A stretch of 64,000 nucleotides of DNA from Candidatus Omnitrophota bacterium (GTDB taxonomy: Bacteria; Omnitrophota; Gorgyraeia; Gygaellales; Profunditerraquicolaceae): positions 2,335 to 66,334 of the forward strand of contig JAGOOP010000007.1 in the NCBI GenBank assembly GCA_017992455.1, written 5' to 3'. Below the pieces are notes generated by a model. The model was not told the origin of the DNA. It saw only the letters and a list, made by a program, of their open reading frames with translations, and searched no databases. A program made the translations under genes and the position numbers. Shown here one piece after another: positions 56,854 to 64,000 of this stretch. Each line of letters begins with the position of its first letter. The stretch's first letter is position 1.

Positions 56854-57882
56854 CTACAGGTATTCGGCCAGCCTGAGGACCAGATTCCGCGAATCATCCC
56901 AGCCCAGGCAGGGATCGGTGATGGATCTGCCGAACACCCGGCCTTTGGGATCCTGCGCGCCTTCGACAAGGTAGCTTTCGATCATCAATCCTTTGACGAG
57001 CGCCCTGAGGGCGCGGGAATGCTTGATGCCGTACATGATCTCTTTTGCTATGCGCGGCTGGTCGTCGAACTTTTTGCCGGAATTGGCATGATTGGTATCG
57101 ATGATGACCGCGGGGTTTGCGAGCGAACGCTTATGATACATGTCCGCAAGCTTCACCATATCTTCGTAATGATAATTCGGGATATACTGGCCGTGCTGGT
57201 TCATGGCCCCGCGCAATATGCAGTGGCTGTAGGGATTGCCCGAGGTCTTGACCTCCCAGCCGCGGTAGATGAACACATGGGGAGCCTGCGCGGCCTGCAC
57301 TGAATTAAGCATGACCGTAAGGTCTCCGCTCGTCGGGTTCTTCATGCCCACGGGGATATCGAGGCCGCTGCAGGTCAGCCGGTGCTGTTGATTCTCGACC
57401 GACCGGGCGCCCACGGCGACATACGACAGAATATCCTCCAGATACGGATAATTCCCCGGGTACAGCATCTCGTCCGCGCTCGTCAGTCCGGACTCGGACA
57501 AAAGCCGCAGATGCATCTTACGGAGGGCTTTCAAGCCCTGCACGATATTGGGCTGGTCTTTGGGATCAGGGCTGTGCATCATTCCCTTATACCCTTCTCC
57601 GGTCGTGCGCGGCTTGTTCGTATACACGCGCGGTATCAGCAAGAACTTGTCCTTTACCTGCTCCTGCAATTTCGCAAGCCGCGAAACATATTCGCAGACG
57701 GCATCCTCATTGTCGGCCGAACACGGCCCTATGATGATAAGGAACTTATCGCTGGCGCCTTCGAACACGCCTGCGATCTGGCGGTCCCTGTTCTTCTTAA
57801 CCTTCTTGAGTTCCTCGGACACGGGCATCCGGGCAATGATCTCATTCGCACTCGGTATTTGACGCAGGTATTTAAATGACAT
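56854..57882 (-). CDS. aroG: 3-deoxy-7-phosphoheptulonate (DAHP) synthase, class I
   Basis: IIIGPCSADN, KPRTT.G.YKG, GARSVENQQHR and GMKNPTSG motifs. Paralogue identity (F/G/H) cannot be determined. Confidence 0.85.
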   Translation of the reverse strand: MSFKYLRQIPSANEIIARMPVSEELKKVKKNRDRQIAGVFEGASDKFLIIIGPCSADNEDAVCEYVSRLAKLQEQVKDKFLLIPRVYTNKPRTTGEGYKGMMHSPDPKDQPNIVQGLKALRKMHLRLLSESGLTSADEMLYPGNYPYLEDILSYVAVGARSVENQQHRLTCSGLDIPVGMKNPTSGDLTVMLNSVQAAQAPHVFIYRGWEVKTSGNPYSHCILRGAMNQHGQYIPNYHYEDMVKLADMYHKRSLANPAVIIDTNHANSGKKFDDQPRIAKEIMYGIKHSRALRALVKGLMIESYLVEGAQDPKGRVFGRSITDPCLGWDDSRNLVLRLAEYL

Positions 57883-57885
57883 GTG

Positions 57886-58398
57886 TCACTCCAGGGTAAA
57901 AACGTTCGACCGGACCGTGGTCCAATTCCATGCGGACGGATCAGTTTCTTTTTTCACGCGGTACATGATCGTTACACGGTACAGCCCGGGTTCGGGGTTT
58001 ACGTACGTATTGTCCAGAAATATCTTCGGCTGCCACCGGAAGGAAAAAGACGCCCCTGCCTTGATCTCCGCAGGCTCGGGGATCGTATAATCAACCGTGC
58101 AGGAGGGCTGGCGGCAGCGCAGCGGCAGCGCATCCCATCCCACCGACGCCTTTTTCTCTATATTGGTCAGACCCATCTCCGGCCGGGAACTTGCCGCGAC
58201 GGTGAATACTCCGGCGGAAGATACGTTGTTTATGGTCAGAACGACCTGTTCTCCGGTTTTATACGCGTTCTTCTGTGTCGCAATTGATATATGCTGGCAA
58301 AAAACAGCGCACGGCATGCACAATACAAAAACCGCGGTAACCGCGATCGCGTTCACGTATGGTGATGTTCTTACAATGATCTCACTCCTTAAGTTCAT
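57886..58398 (-). CDS. hypothetical secreted protein
   Basis: 170 aa with an N-terminal hydrophobic signal-like segment and beta-rich composition. 4-nt overlap with the upstream GNAT gene. No motif recognised. Confidence 0.5.
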   Translation of the reverse strand: MNLRSEIIVRTSPYVNAIAVTAVFVLCMPCAVFCQHISIATQKNAYKTGEQVVLTINNVSSAGVFTVAASSRPEMGLTNIEKKASVGWDALPLRCRQPSCTVDYTIPEPAEIKAGASFSFRWQPKIFLDNTYVNPEPGLYRVTIMYRVKKETDPSAWNWTTVRSNVFTLE

Positions 58399-58892
58399 GA
58401 GCGGAGGGATGAAACTTCTTTTAAGACGACAGAGGTCTCTATCTGTCGCTCGGGGATCGACCAGTAATCGCGCAGAAGCCGGTTCTTTTTCTGTTCAGAT
58501 ACGCATCTGAACCCGTGTTTTTCGTAAAATTTGATCGCCCACGCCGCGTCTTTCCACGTGCCGATGAGGACCGGCCGTTCGGTCTGCGCCATGAGAAACC
58601 TCAAAAGATTTGAGCCGATCCCCTTATTCCGAGAAGCGGTCCGCACGTAGGCATGCCTGATCAGGGTCACATCCCGGACATCCTGTATGCCCATAATCCC
58701 CAGCACCACGCCGCCCTTTTCATAAGCCCAGAACCTGACGCCCTCCGCGATCTCATGGCGAAGTTCATCCTCGGACATATACGGGTCTTTCCACCGGTCA
58801 GCGGGAATACGGCCGCGGTATGCCTGTGCGGCATCGTTGATGATCTCAAAGATCACGCCAAAATCATTGTCGGCACATTGACGGACAGCCAT
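58395..58892 (-). CDS. GNAT family N-acetyltransferase
   Basis: Acetyl-CoA motif RTASRNKGIGSNLL, with ...FYEKHGF. Confidence 0.8.
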   Translation of the reverse strand: MAVRQCADNDFGVIFEIINDAAQAYRGRIPADRWKDPYMSEDELRHEIAEGVRFWAYEKGGVVLGIMGIQDVRDVTLIRHAYVRTASRNKGIGSNLLRFLMAQTERPVLIGTWKDAAWAIKFYEKHGFRCVSEQKKNRLLRDYWSIPERQIETSVVLKEVSSLRS

Positions 58893-58908
58893 ACGCTTTC
58901 ACGGGTGA

Positions 58909-59388
58909 TCATTTCTCGAACAAATAATACCATTCATCGTACCTGTTGGTGAATTTCCATGCCTGGATGCTGACGGGCGCCGTACTTAAACCGCCTTTGG
59001 TATCAACGGTAGAAAAATAGACCTTTACTCCGACAGACGCGTCTTTCATGTCATTTTTCAGTTTGACGGTGATCACTTCAATGTTCGTGCATGTAAAACC
59101 TTCTTTATTGTGGTACGCATTGATGAGGGCTGCGATCTTCGCCTTCTTTTCCGATGGGAACCCGTCATAATAGGTGCGTTCATCCAGGTCTTCGGCATCT
59201 TTCATCAACAGCGCCATGGCATATTCTTCAACCACTCCCTTGACCTGTTCTTTGATGCCGGCCTCAAGGGCGTCGTATGCAGCGCCTTCATACAGTTTCC
59301 CGTCTTTCCAGACACTTTTATCTTCGGCGCAAAATGCAGCGGCGGACGCCAGCAAAACCATGAGAACAACGCCCCAGAGTTTCCTCAT
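58909..59388 (-). CDS. hypothetical secreted protein
   Basis: Signal peptide MRKLWGVVLMVLLASAAAFCA. 159 aa, no motif recognised. Confidence 0.5.
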   Translation of the reverse strand: MRKLWGVVLMVLLASAAAFCAEDKSVWKDGKLYEGAAYDALEAGIKEQVKGVVEEYAMALLMKDAEDLDERTYYDGFPSEKKAKIAALINAYHNKEGFTCTNIEVITVKLKNDMKDASVGVKVYFSTVDTKGGLSTAPVSIQAWKFTNRYDEWYYLFEK

Positions 59389-59397
59389 CCCGCGCTC

Positions 59398-59589
59398 CTA
59401 TCTTCTGCCGAGCAGCTGCTCGCGCAGCCGGTCGATCGCACGGACGACCGCGCCGGCGGCAAAACAGATCACCGCTCCTATGAATGAAACGGCCACCACG
59501 ACCAGCTGAAAATTATCCGAGATATCAATGGACGCCGCGATACCGAGCAGCAGACAGAACCCGCATACCACATACAGCGCATTTTTCAT
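59398..59589 (-). CDS. small two-TM membrane protein (63 aa)
   Basis: The ATG at 59589 is preceded by AAGGAGG at 6 nt. MKNALYVVCGFCLLLGIAA...VVVAVSFIGAVICFAAGAVV. The track extension lacks an RBS. Confidence 0.5.
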   Translation of the reverse strand: MKNALYVVCGFCLLLGIAASIDISDNFQLVVVAVSFIGAVICFAAGAVVRAIDRLREQLLGRR

Positions 59590-59632
59590 CAATGCCTCCT
59601 TACTGCCTCTGAAGAACCCGCTTGTTTGTGTT

Positions 59633-59962
59633 TTATTTCGAAAAGGCCAGGACACCGAGAGCGGCCAGATTCCCGACCGGAACCAGGACAACGATAAGGC
59701 CGAGCCAGCCCGGTTTTTTGCACGCCTCTGCCACTTTGAACCATAGGATCAACGAAATGACGATGTTAACGAATGGAACGAACATAAGGACCGTCCACCA
59801 GCCCGGCTTACCCGCGATCCAGCAGGTCAGCACGACATTGGCGACGGGGACCCAGGCGAACCATGACTTTGCCGCCTGGCCTGTTTTGTGCGCAATGCGC
59901 TGCAGGCAGAGTGCGCTGAAAACATACAGTGCGATGATCAATAATAATGCAAGCGCTTCCAT
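59633..59962 (-). CDS. small integral membrane protein
   Basis: 109 aa with three or four TM segments (WVPVANVVLTCWIAGKPGWW...). I recall similar small W/P-rich membrane proteins but cannot name the family with confidence. Confidence 0.55.
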   Translation of the reverse strand: MEALALLLIIALYVFSALCLQRIAHKTGQAAKSWFAWVPVANVVLTCWIAGKPGWWTVLMFVPFVNIVISLILWFKVAEACKKPGWLGLIVVLVPVGNLAALGVLAFSK

Positions 59963-59977
59963 CCTTCCCCCCCTGTT

Positions 59978-60838
59978 TTAGCCGTCCTCCCCGCCCAGAT
60001 ATTCGGCGAGTATCGCCCGGTCATCATCCCCGATGAACTCGAACACTCCGGCGATATCGAACCCCGGATGCGCCTGATCCATCGACTCTTTTCTCTGGAC
60101 CCGAAGTATCTTGACCATAAAATCAACGCCTTTGCCTTCCTTAAAATCAAGCTCGCATATAAGATCGACATCGACCGGCAACGCGACCGCGGACACAAAA
60201 CAGATCCCCGCAACGCTGATATTGACGGTTTGGGCCTGGAAGGCCCTGCCGTGGAACATATAATCCATGCTGATCTTTTTGTTGATCCTCGCATATCTTC
60301 TGCGCTCTGCGCCGCGATATGCTTTGGTCTGAATGAATTCCCGCATGAGCGCGTGCTTCTTCAGGTCCTCGGCGCTCGAATCGCGCATCTTCCGGATATC
60401 ATCCGCATAATAATGCTCGATAGCTTCTTTGATCTCTGAGAACGTGCTGATGAACACCTTCACGTCGTAATTCGTCATCTGGTGGATCATCTGGATCACG
60501 CCTTCATTCAGGGGGTCGGCCATCGCGACCGATATGGTGTTGCCGATCTTATCGATAGGGATAAGGGAATATAACCTGGCCCATTTCAACGGCACCAGGG
60601 AAAGAACATCCCGGGGGATCGTGTAGAGCTTAAGCGGTAAATACGCAAAATCATATTGGTTCGACAGAGCGACCGCAACATCTTGTTCGGTGGCGAAACC
60701 CAATGCGATCAGATGCTGGCTGATATACCCGCCCTTCTGCCGCTGCTCTTCGAGCGCCTGATCGAGCTCTTCATGCGTGATGACCTTCCGCTCTATCAAA
60801 AGTTCGCCTATCTTGCGCCTCAACGTCCGCGTGATCAT
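59978..60838 (-). CDS. MshEN (T2SSE_N)-domain plus PilZ-domain protein, putative c-di-GMP receptor
   Basis: The N-terminal tandem MshEN-type motifs are RKIGELLIERKVITHEELDQALEEQ and ISQHLIALGFATEQDVAVALSNQ. The C-terminal PilZ motifs are RRRYAR (RxxxR) and NISVAG (D/NxSxxG). Confidence 0.75.
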   Translation of the reverse strand: MITRTLRRKIGELLIERKVITHEELDQALEEQRQKGGYISQHLIALGFATEQDVAVALSNQYDFAYLPLKLYTIPRDVLSLVPLKWARLYSLIPIDKIGNTISVAMADPLNEGVIQMIHQMTNYDVKVFISTFSEIKEAIEHYYADDIRKMRDSSAEDLKKHALMREFIQTKAYRGAERRRYARINKKISMDYMFHGRAFQAQTVNISVAGICFVSAVALPVDVDLICELDFKEGKGVDFMVKILRVQRKESMDQAHPGFDIAGVFEFIGDDDRAILAEYLGGEDG

Positions 60839-60947
60839 ACAAAAGCCTCTGTGTTCACTGTGTGTAATGACGAATCGACATTATTGTAACTCGGATTCAC
60901 GGATTGAGCAACGAAATTTGATGCGGGGTATGCGACGCGGGAAAGGA

Positions 60948-61421
60948 TCAGAACTTTGAGGTAAATGCATACATCAGGCGGCCCTTTTCGATGATCGGCT
61001 CGCCCTTCATCCTGAATACCCTGACACTGGCTTTTTTCTTGACCCAGCGCTCGACTTCCTTGGCGCGGTAATACGGATACCATACGTCAAAACCGAATGC
61101 CTCTTTCCATGCTTCGCGAACGACCTCATTTTCGTCGCGCACGGGCTTGGTGCAGAATGAGTTGAACGCGGCGCGGTCGATATGCGTTGAGGCGGGCTGT
61201 ATTCCGGCGGTATCTGCCAGGCGCGGATACTCCATGACCATACCTCTCCATGCGATCGCTGAGAAATCATCATCGGTAACGGCTATCTTGAGCGTGACCG
61301 GCGCGATCGGAGGAATACTTCCCATCACCGGAGCGTGAACAAACATATCCTGCGCGTGCGCGAACGGCTGCAGGATCAGGATGCTCAGGATTATCACTAA
61401 TTGGATGATTGCGGCTGTCAT
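60948..61421 (-). CDS. hypothetical secreted protein
   Basis: The ATG at 61421 is preceded by AAGGGAGA. Signal peptide MTAAIIQLVIILSILILQPFAHA. 157 aa. Confidence 0.5.
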   Translation of the reverse strand: MTAAIIQLVIILSILILQPFAHAQDMFVHAPVMGSIPPIAPVTLKIAVTDDDFSAIAWRGMVMEYPRLADTAGIQPASTHIDRAAFNSFCTKPVRDENEVVREAWKEAFGFDVWYPYYRAKEVERWVKKKASVRVFRMKGEPIIEKGRLMYAFTSKF

Positions 61422-61547
61422 TTTTGTCTCCCTTAAGAATATAACATATAAATAGACAGATTTCAACCTTGAATTGAAATATTTTCAAGTAAAAATAGCA
61501 ATCATAAATTATATATAAGTCTAATATTGAAAGTGATTTATAAAAAA

Positions 61548-61587
61548 ACATCCGCCCAGGCATTCAACCTGCGCGGATGTTTTTAAA
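61548..61587 (-). terminator. intrinsic terminator downstream of the 77-aa ORF
   Basis: ACATCCGC (61548-55) pairs with GCGGATGT (61573-80). On the minus strand the stem is followed by a T7 run. Confidence 0.6.
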
Positions 61588-61601
61588 AAAAATTCTTAAA
61601 A

Positions 61602-61835
61602 TTACATGTTTATACCTACCTGGCCGCTCGATGATATTAAATACGACGTGTAGTGCCAGCTCTTTTCGCCGTACGGATTGAAGCTGAACGTCGGCACAAA
61701 CACCTCCACCGTTCCGTATATCTCGTAATGATCGCCGACTTTTCTCAAAGCCGATTCGATCGATCTTCCGTCAACGGTGCGGATAATAGTATTATACGTG
61801 ACGCCTTGTTCCGGATAGGACGCAAACTGGATCAC
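61602..61835 (-). CDS. hypothetical small protein (77 aa)
   Basis: An ORF with its own downstream terminator. Beta-rich, no motif recognised. Confidence 0.35.
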   Translation of the reverse strand: MIQFASYPEQGVTYNTIIRTVDGRSIESALRKVGDHYEIYGTVEVFVPTFSFNPYGEKSWHYTSYLISSSGQVGINM

Positions 61836-61899
61836 GGTGTTGTCAGGAAGTGTGCCCGAACTGGACGCCAGACGAACTTCACAACTCCAAGTAATACAT

Positions 61900-62283
61900 A
61901 TGGTTGTGAAAATTTACACGCGCAGAAGCAAGAAACAATTAATCCGTTTTGGCGATCCTTTGCCTGAGAAACCTCAGCGGGCAAAGCGTATTTATCAAAA
62001 TGTTATCTACGAAGGCCTGAAACTTCAAGCCTTTATCAATAACGGCTCTACCAGAATAACCTGGGCGCAAGCCCGTAAAGAGTTAAAAATTTCAGAATCC
62101 AAGTTAGCACACTTATTAAAAATAATCAATCAATTACCGCCGGATTTCGTCGAAAACATGAGATCATGCAAAGATCCGGAAGTCCTAAAAATCTTCACTG
62201 GCCGAAGACTGTTGCAAATCTCCCGCCTTAAAACCGAGAAAGAACGCCGGGCAGAGATTGAACACCTATTGCCCAAGGTTTAA
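61900..62283 (+). CDS. ParB-like helix-turn-helix DNA-binding protein lacking the ParB N-terminal domain
   Basis: ATG at 61900 (MVVKIYTRR...). ITWAQARKELKISESKLAHLLKIINQLPPDFVENM resembles the ParB/Spo0J HTH region (LTQEELA..lG.S.s.v...LrLl.LP..v...). 127 aa. Confidence 0.4.
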   Translation: MVVKIYTRRSKKQLIRFGDPLPEKPQRAKRIYQNVIYEGLKLQAFINNGSTRITWAQARKELKISESKLAHLLKIINQLPPDFVENMRSCKDPEVLKIFTGRRLLQISRLKTEKERRAEIEHLLPKV

Positions 62284-62339
62284 GCCTTCTTACCCCTGTA
62301 ATACACCTCTGTTGCCCGTTTTGACCCATTATTACCCTC

Positions 62340-63755
62340 TTAATCATTACTGATTCCAAATATTTCAAAGAATTTCTCAGCAAAAGATCGTTGGTAGCTG
62401 TCTTTAAAATCTTTGGCCTTAGCTTCATTAGACATGTCTTCCTTGATAAATCCATAACAATTTACGCAATATTCAACAACTATCTCGTTATTTTCTTTGA
62501 GGGTCAATCGTTTTGTTTCCCTCTCATAACCCGAGAAAGAATCTTTAACTTTCTTGGGTTCATCTTCAAAGATATAAAATTCTAAGCCATGTATTTCCTT
62601 TTTTATAACATCAAAATTTATTCTCATGCCAAGCCAAATATTATTCTTGTTTTTTGGATATCGTTCATAAAAACTAACTAGCTCTTTCTCTGCTCTAGTT
62701 AAAATCTGCTCCACACATCTATGATAAAAATCAACAAGCTCATTTTTATCCAATATCTCTTTTTTTCTGCGATATTCTTCCAAAGCAGTCGCAAAATCCT
62801 CTTGCCGATGAACATCTCGAGCATTCGCACAAATATTACCACTGCTTCCTATATAGGCCCCGAGATCATCGCTCAACTTAGCTATTTTGACAGGATCGCT
62901 CTCTAAAAGAATGTTCTTAAGAACCTCTATCGGCTCTTCAAGGTCAAACAAAATACTCTGCGCGTGTTTCTTTATATTTGAAACTTCTTTCTTAATATCG
63001 CAATAAAAATTTGGAATCGTCGTATCAGCATAAAACTCTTCTATTTTGTCGATGTTAATTCTTCCAAGGTTAATATCAGCAATATAATGTGAAATCTTTT
63101 GATAGTGATCAACGTCGATTTCTAAATCTGAAGTCAAAACCTTTCTTAGAAGATCAGCGCGGACACTCTCTTTGTCGATAATTACATTTAATAATTTTGT
63201 TAAGTTATTAAGTAAAAAGTTTCTTTGCCGCGTCAATACCTCAAGACCATTTTCAGCTTCAGTCCAATATTCTTTAAAATACTCGTCAACCAAATCCGGC
63301 AGTTTATTAATATCAATAGCTTGGCGTATAAGTTTATCCAACCTTTCACTTTTTAAAGTATTGTAGATACTATCCAAAGACGTTGGGAGAAATCGACCGT
63401 TGATAATAACCATACAACCATCGACATAAACTTCTTTTAAGTCATAAATATGCTTGTACGGCTCATTGAATGATTGTTTTATTTGATTTGCAAGTGCAAA
63501 ATAACTCGAGCTGCCAGAAGAAGAGCCAGTAACATCTCCAGATTTAACGATAACCGCAACATAATTAATTTTCTTAAATTTGGCGTCGAGCTCTTTGCAA
63601 ACAATGTCTTTTCCTTTTTCATTGCTATGGTGATGAAGTATTGGATCAATAAACCCCATTTTAGACAATAACGGGATTAACACTAACTCCCGGAGGTCTT
63701 TTTCGTTTAATTCTTGAAGCAATTGAATTTTCTTTTCTTTTGTTAACGCTGTCAT
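62340..63755 (-). CDS. Mrr-like PD-(D/E)xK nuclease-fold N-terminal domain protein with large uncharacterised helical C-terminus
   Basis: The ATG at 63755 is preceded by GAAGG; the track start at 63761 is a TTG. The N-terminus LRELVLIPLLSKMGFIDP...EKGKDIVC...NYVAVIVKSGD fits the Mrr_cat pattern (E...D...xK). The remaining ~340 aa are K/E/N/D-rich with no recognised motif. Very low G+C. Confidence 0.6.
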   Translation of the reverse strand: MTALTKEKKIQLLQELNEKDLRELVLIPLLSKMGFIDPILHHHSNEKGKDIVCKELDAKFKKINYVAVIVKSGDVTGSSSGSSSYFALANQIKQSFNEPYKHIYDLKEVYVDGCMVIINGRFLPTSLDSIYNTLKSERLDKLIRQAIDINKLPDLVDEYFKEYWTEAENGLEVLTRQRNFLLNNLTKLLNVIIDKESVRADLLRKVLTSDLEIDVDHYQKISHYIADINLGRINIDKIEEFYADTTIPNFYCDIKKEVSNIKKHAQSILFDLEEPIEVLKNILLESDPVKIAKLSDDLGAYIGSSGNICANARDVHRQEDFATALEEYRRKKEILDKNELVDFYHRCVEQILTRAEKELVSFYERYPKNKNNIWLGMRINFDVIKKEIHGLEFYIFEDEPKKVKDSFSGYERETKRLTLKENNEIVVEYCVNCYGFIKEDMSNEAKAKDFKDSYQRSFAEKFFEIFGISND

Positions 63756-63776
63756 TTCCAACCTTCTACATGTTCA

Positions 63777-64000
63777 TTAAAAACCATATTTTTCTTTTCT
63801 TAGCTTAAATGCCGCTTCTCCGCCTTCCATAACTTTTGTTATTTCGTTACGAATATTGCTGATATCAATCGCGCCCAGATGTTTAATCTCGCCTTTTGAT
63901 TGATCGGTGGTAATCTTATAGTCACAACAAACAACGAGTTCCGCGTCCCCATTAACGACAATATTGGCATTATGGCTGGCAAATATTAATTGTCTTTTCT
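63777..64000 (-). CDS. C-terminal end of an ABC/Rad50-SMC-type ATPase (partial; gene continues past the window end)
   Basis: Hand translation gives ...KRQLIFASHNANIVVNGDAELVVCCDYKITTDQSKGEIKHLGAIDISNIRNEITKVMEGGEAAFKLRKEKYGF*. The QxIxxSHN...GDAE segment looks like the H-loop region of SMC-like ATPases. The stop lies 21 nt before the next gene. Confidence 0.45.
   Translation of the reverse strand, partial: KRQLIFASHNANIVVNGDAELVVCCDYKITTDQSKGEIKHLGAIDISNIRNEITKVMEGGEAAFKLRKEKYGF

Noticed and set aside
55572-57303. Plus-strand ORFs of 337 aa and 304 aa opposite the octaheme cytochrome and DAHP synthase
   Set aside because: These are antisense shadows. The minus strand carries eight in-frame CxxCH motifs and conserved AroG motifs. 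The plus-strand products have no recognisable features.

Overview
This 64-kb window comes from a bacterial chromosome of about 57% G+C (hand counts: 34/60 at 60001-60060 and at 22681-22740). The gene content looks diderm: surA-pdxA-rsmA, yceD-rpmF-plsX-fabHDG-acpP-fabF, and secG/yajC/secDF. I cannot assign a taxon from the sequence alone. No rRNA, tRNA or CRISPR array was seen. Gene polarity is extreme: 62 of the 63 CDS I call before 61.4 kb are on the minus strand.

Gene content in order:
- An Opp/Dpp-type ABC importer, then secG-tpiA-pgk and an ABC exporter.
- surA-pdxA-rsmA, then a very short mfd.
- secDF-yajC-rpsP, then trpE.
- A his cluster (hisD-B-H-A-[lipoprotein]-F-I).
- alaS-recX-htrA-recA, then a GAF-GGDEF cyclase, the only plus-strand core gene.
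- smc, a CheY-like receiver, and bcd-etfBA.
- glgC, marC, truA, asd, leuCDB.
- The fab/plsX/rpmF cluster, coaD, rsmD, recG.
- A PIG-L/GNAT pair, an octaheme HAO-like cytochrome c, and a DAHP synthase.
- Several small secreted or membrane hypotheticals, and an MshEN-PilZ c-di-GMP receptor.

Most notable observations:
1. A 561-aa LAGLIDADG intein splits the Walker A P-loop of SMC. That SMC also lacks a recognisable canonical hinge.
2. The last ~2.5 kb is an abrupt AT-rich island (17/60 G+C at 63001-63060). It carries a partial Rad50/SMC-type ATPase gene followed by a 471-aa protein with an Mrr-like PD-(D/E)xK N-terminus. This is a candidate uncharacterised defence-type module, truncated by the window edge.
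3. An in-frame ~530-bp AT-rich mosaic segment lies inside alaS.
4. Two families of sequence-conserved palindromic intergenic repeats are present. One copy supplies the C-terminal tail and stop codon of a gene.
5. A 631-aa mini-Mfd is present.
6. An excisionase-type HTH gene (56 codons) is missing from the ORF track. It appears leaderless and sits below a phased heptamer array upstream of smc.
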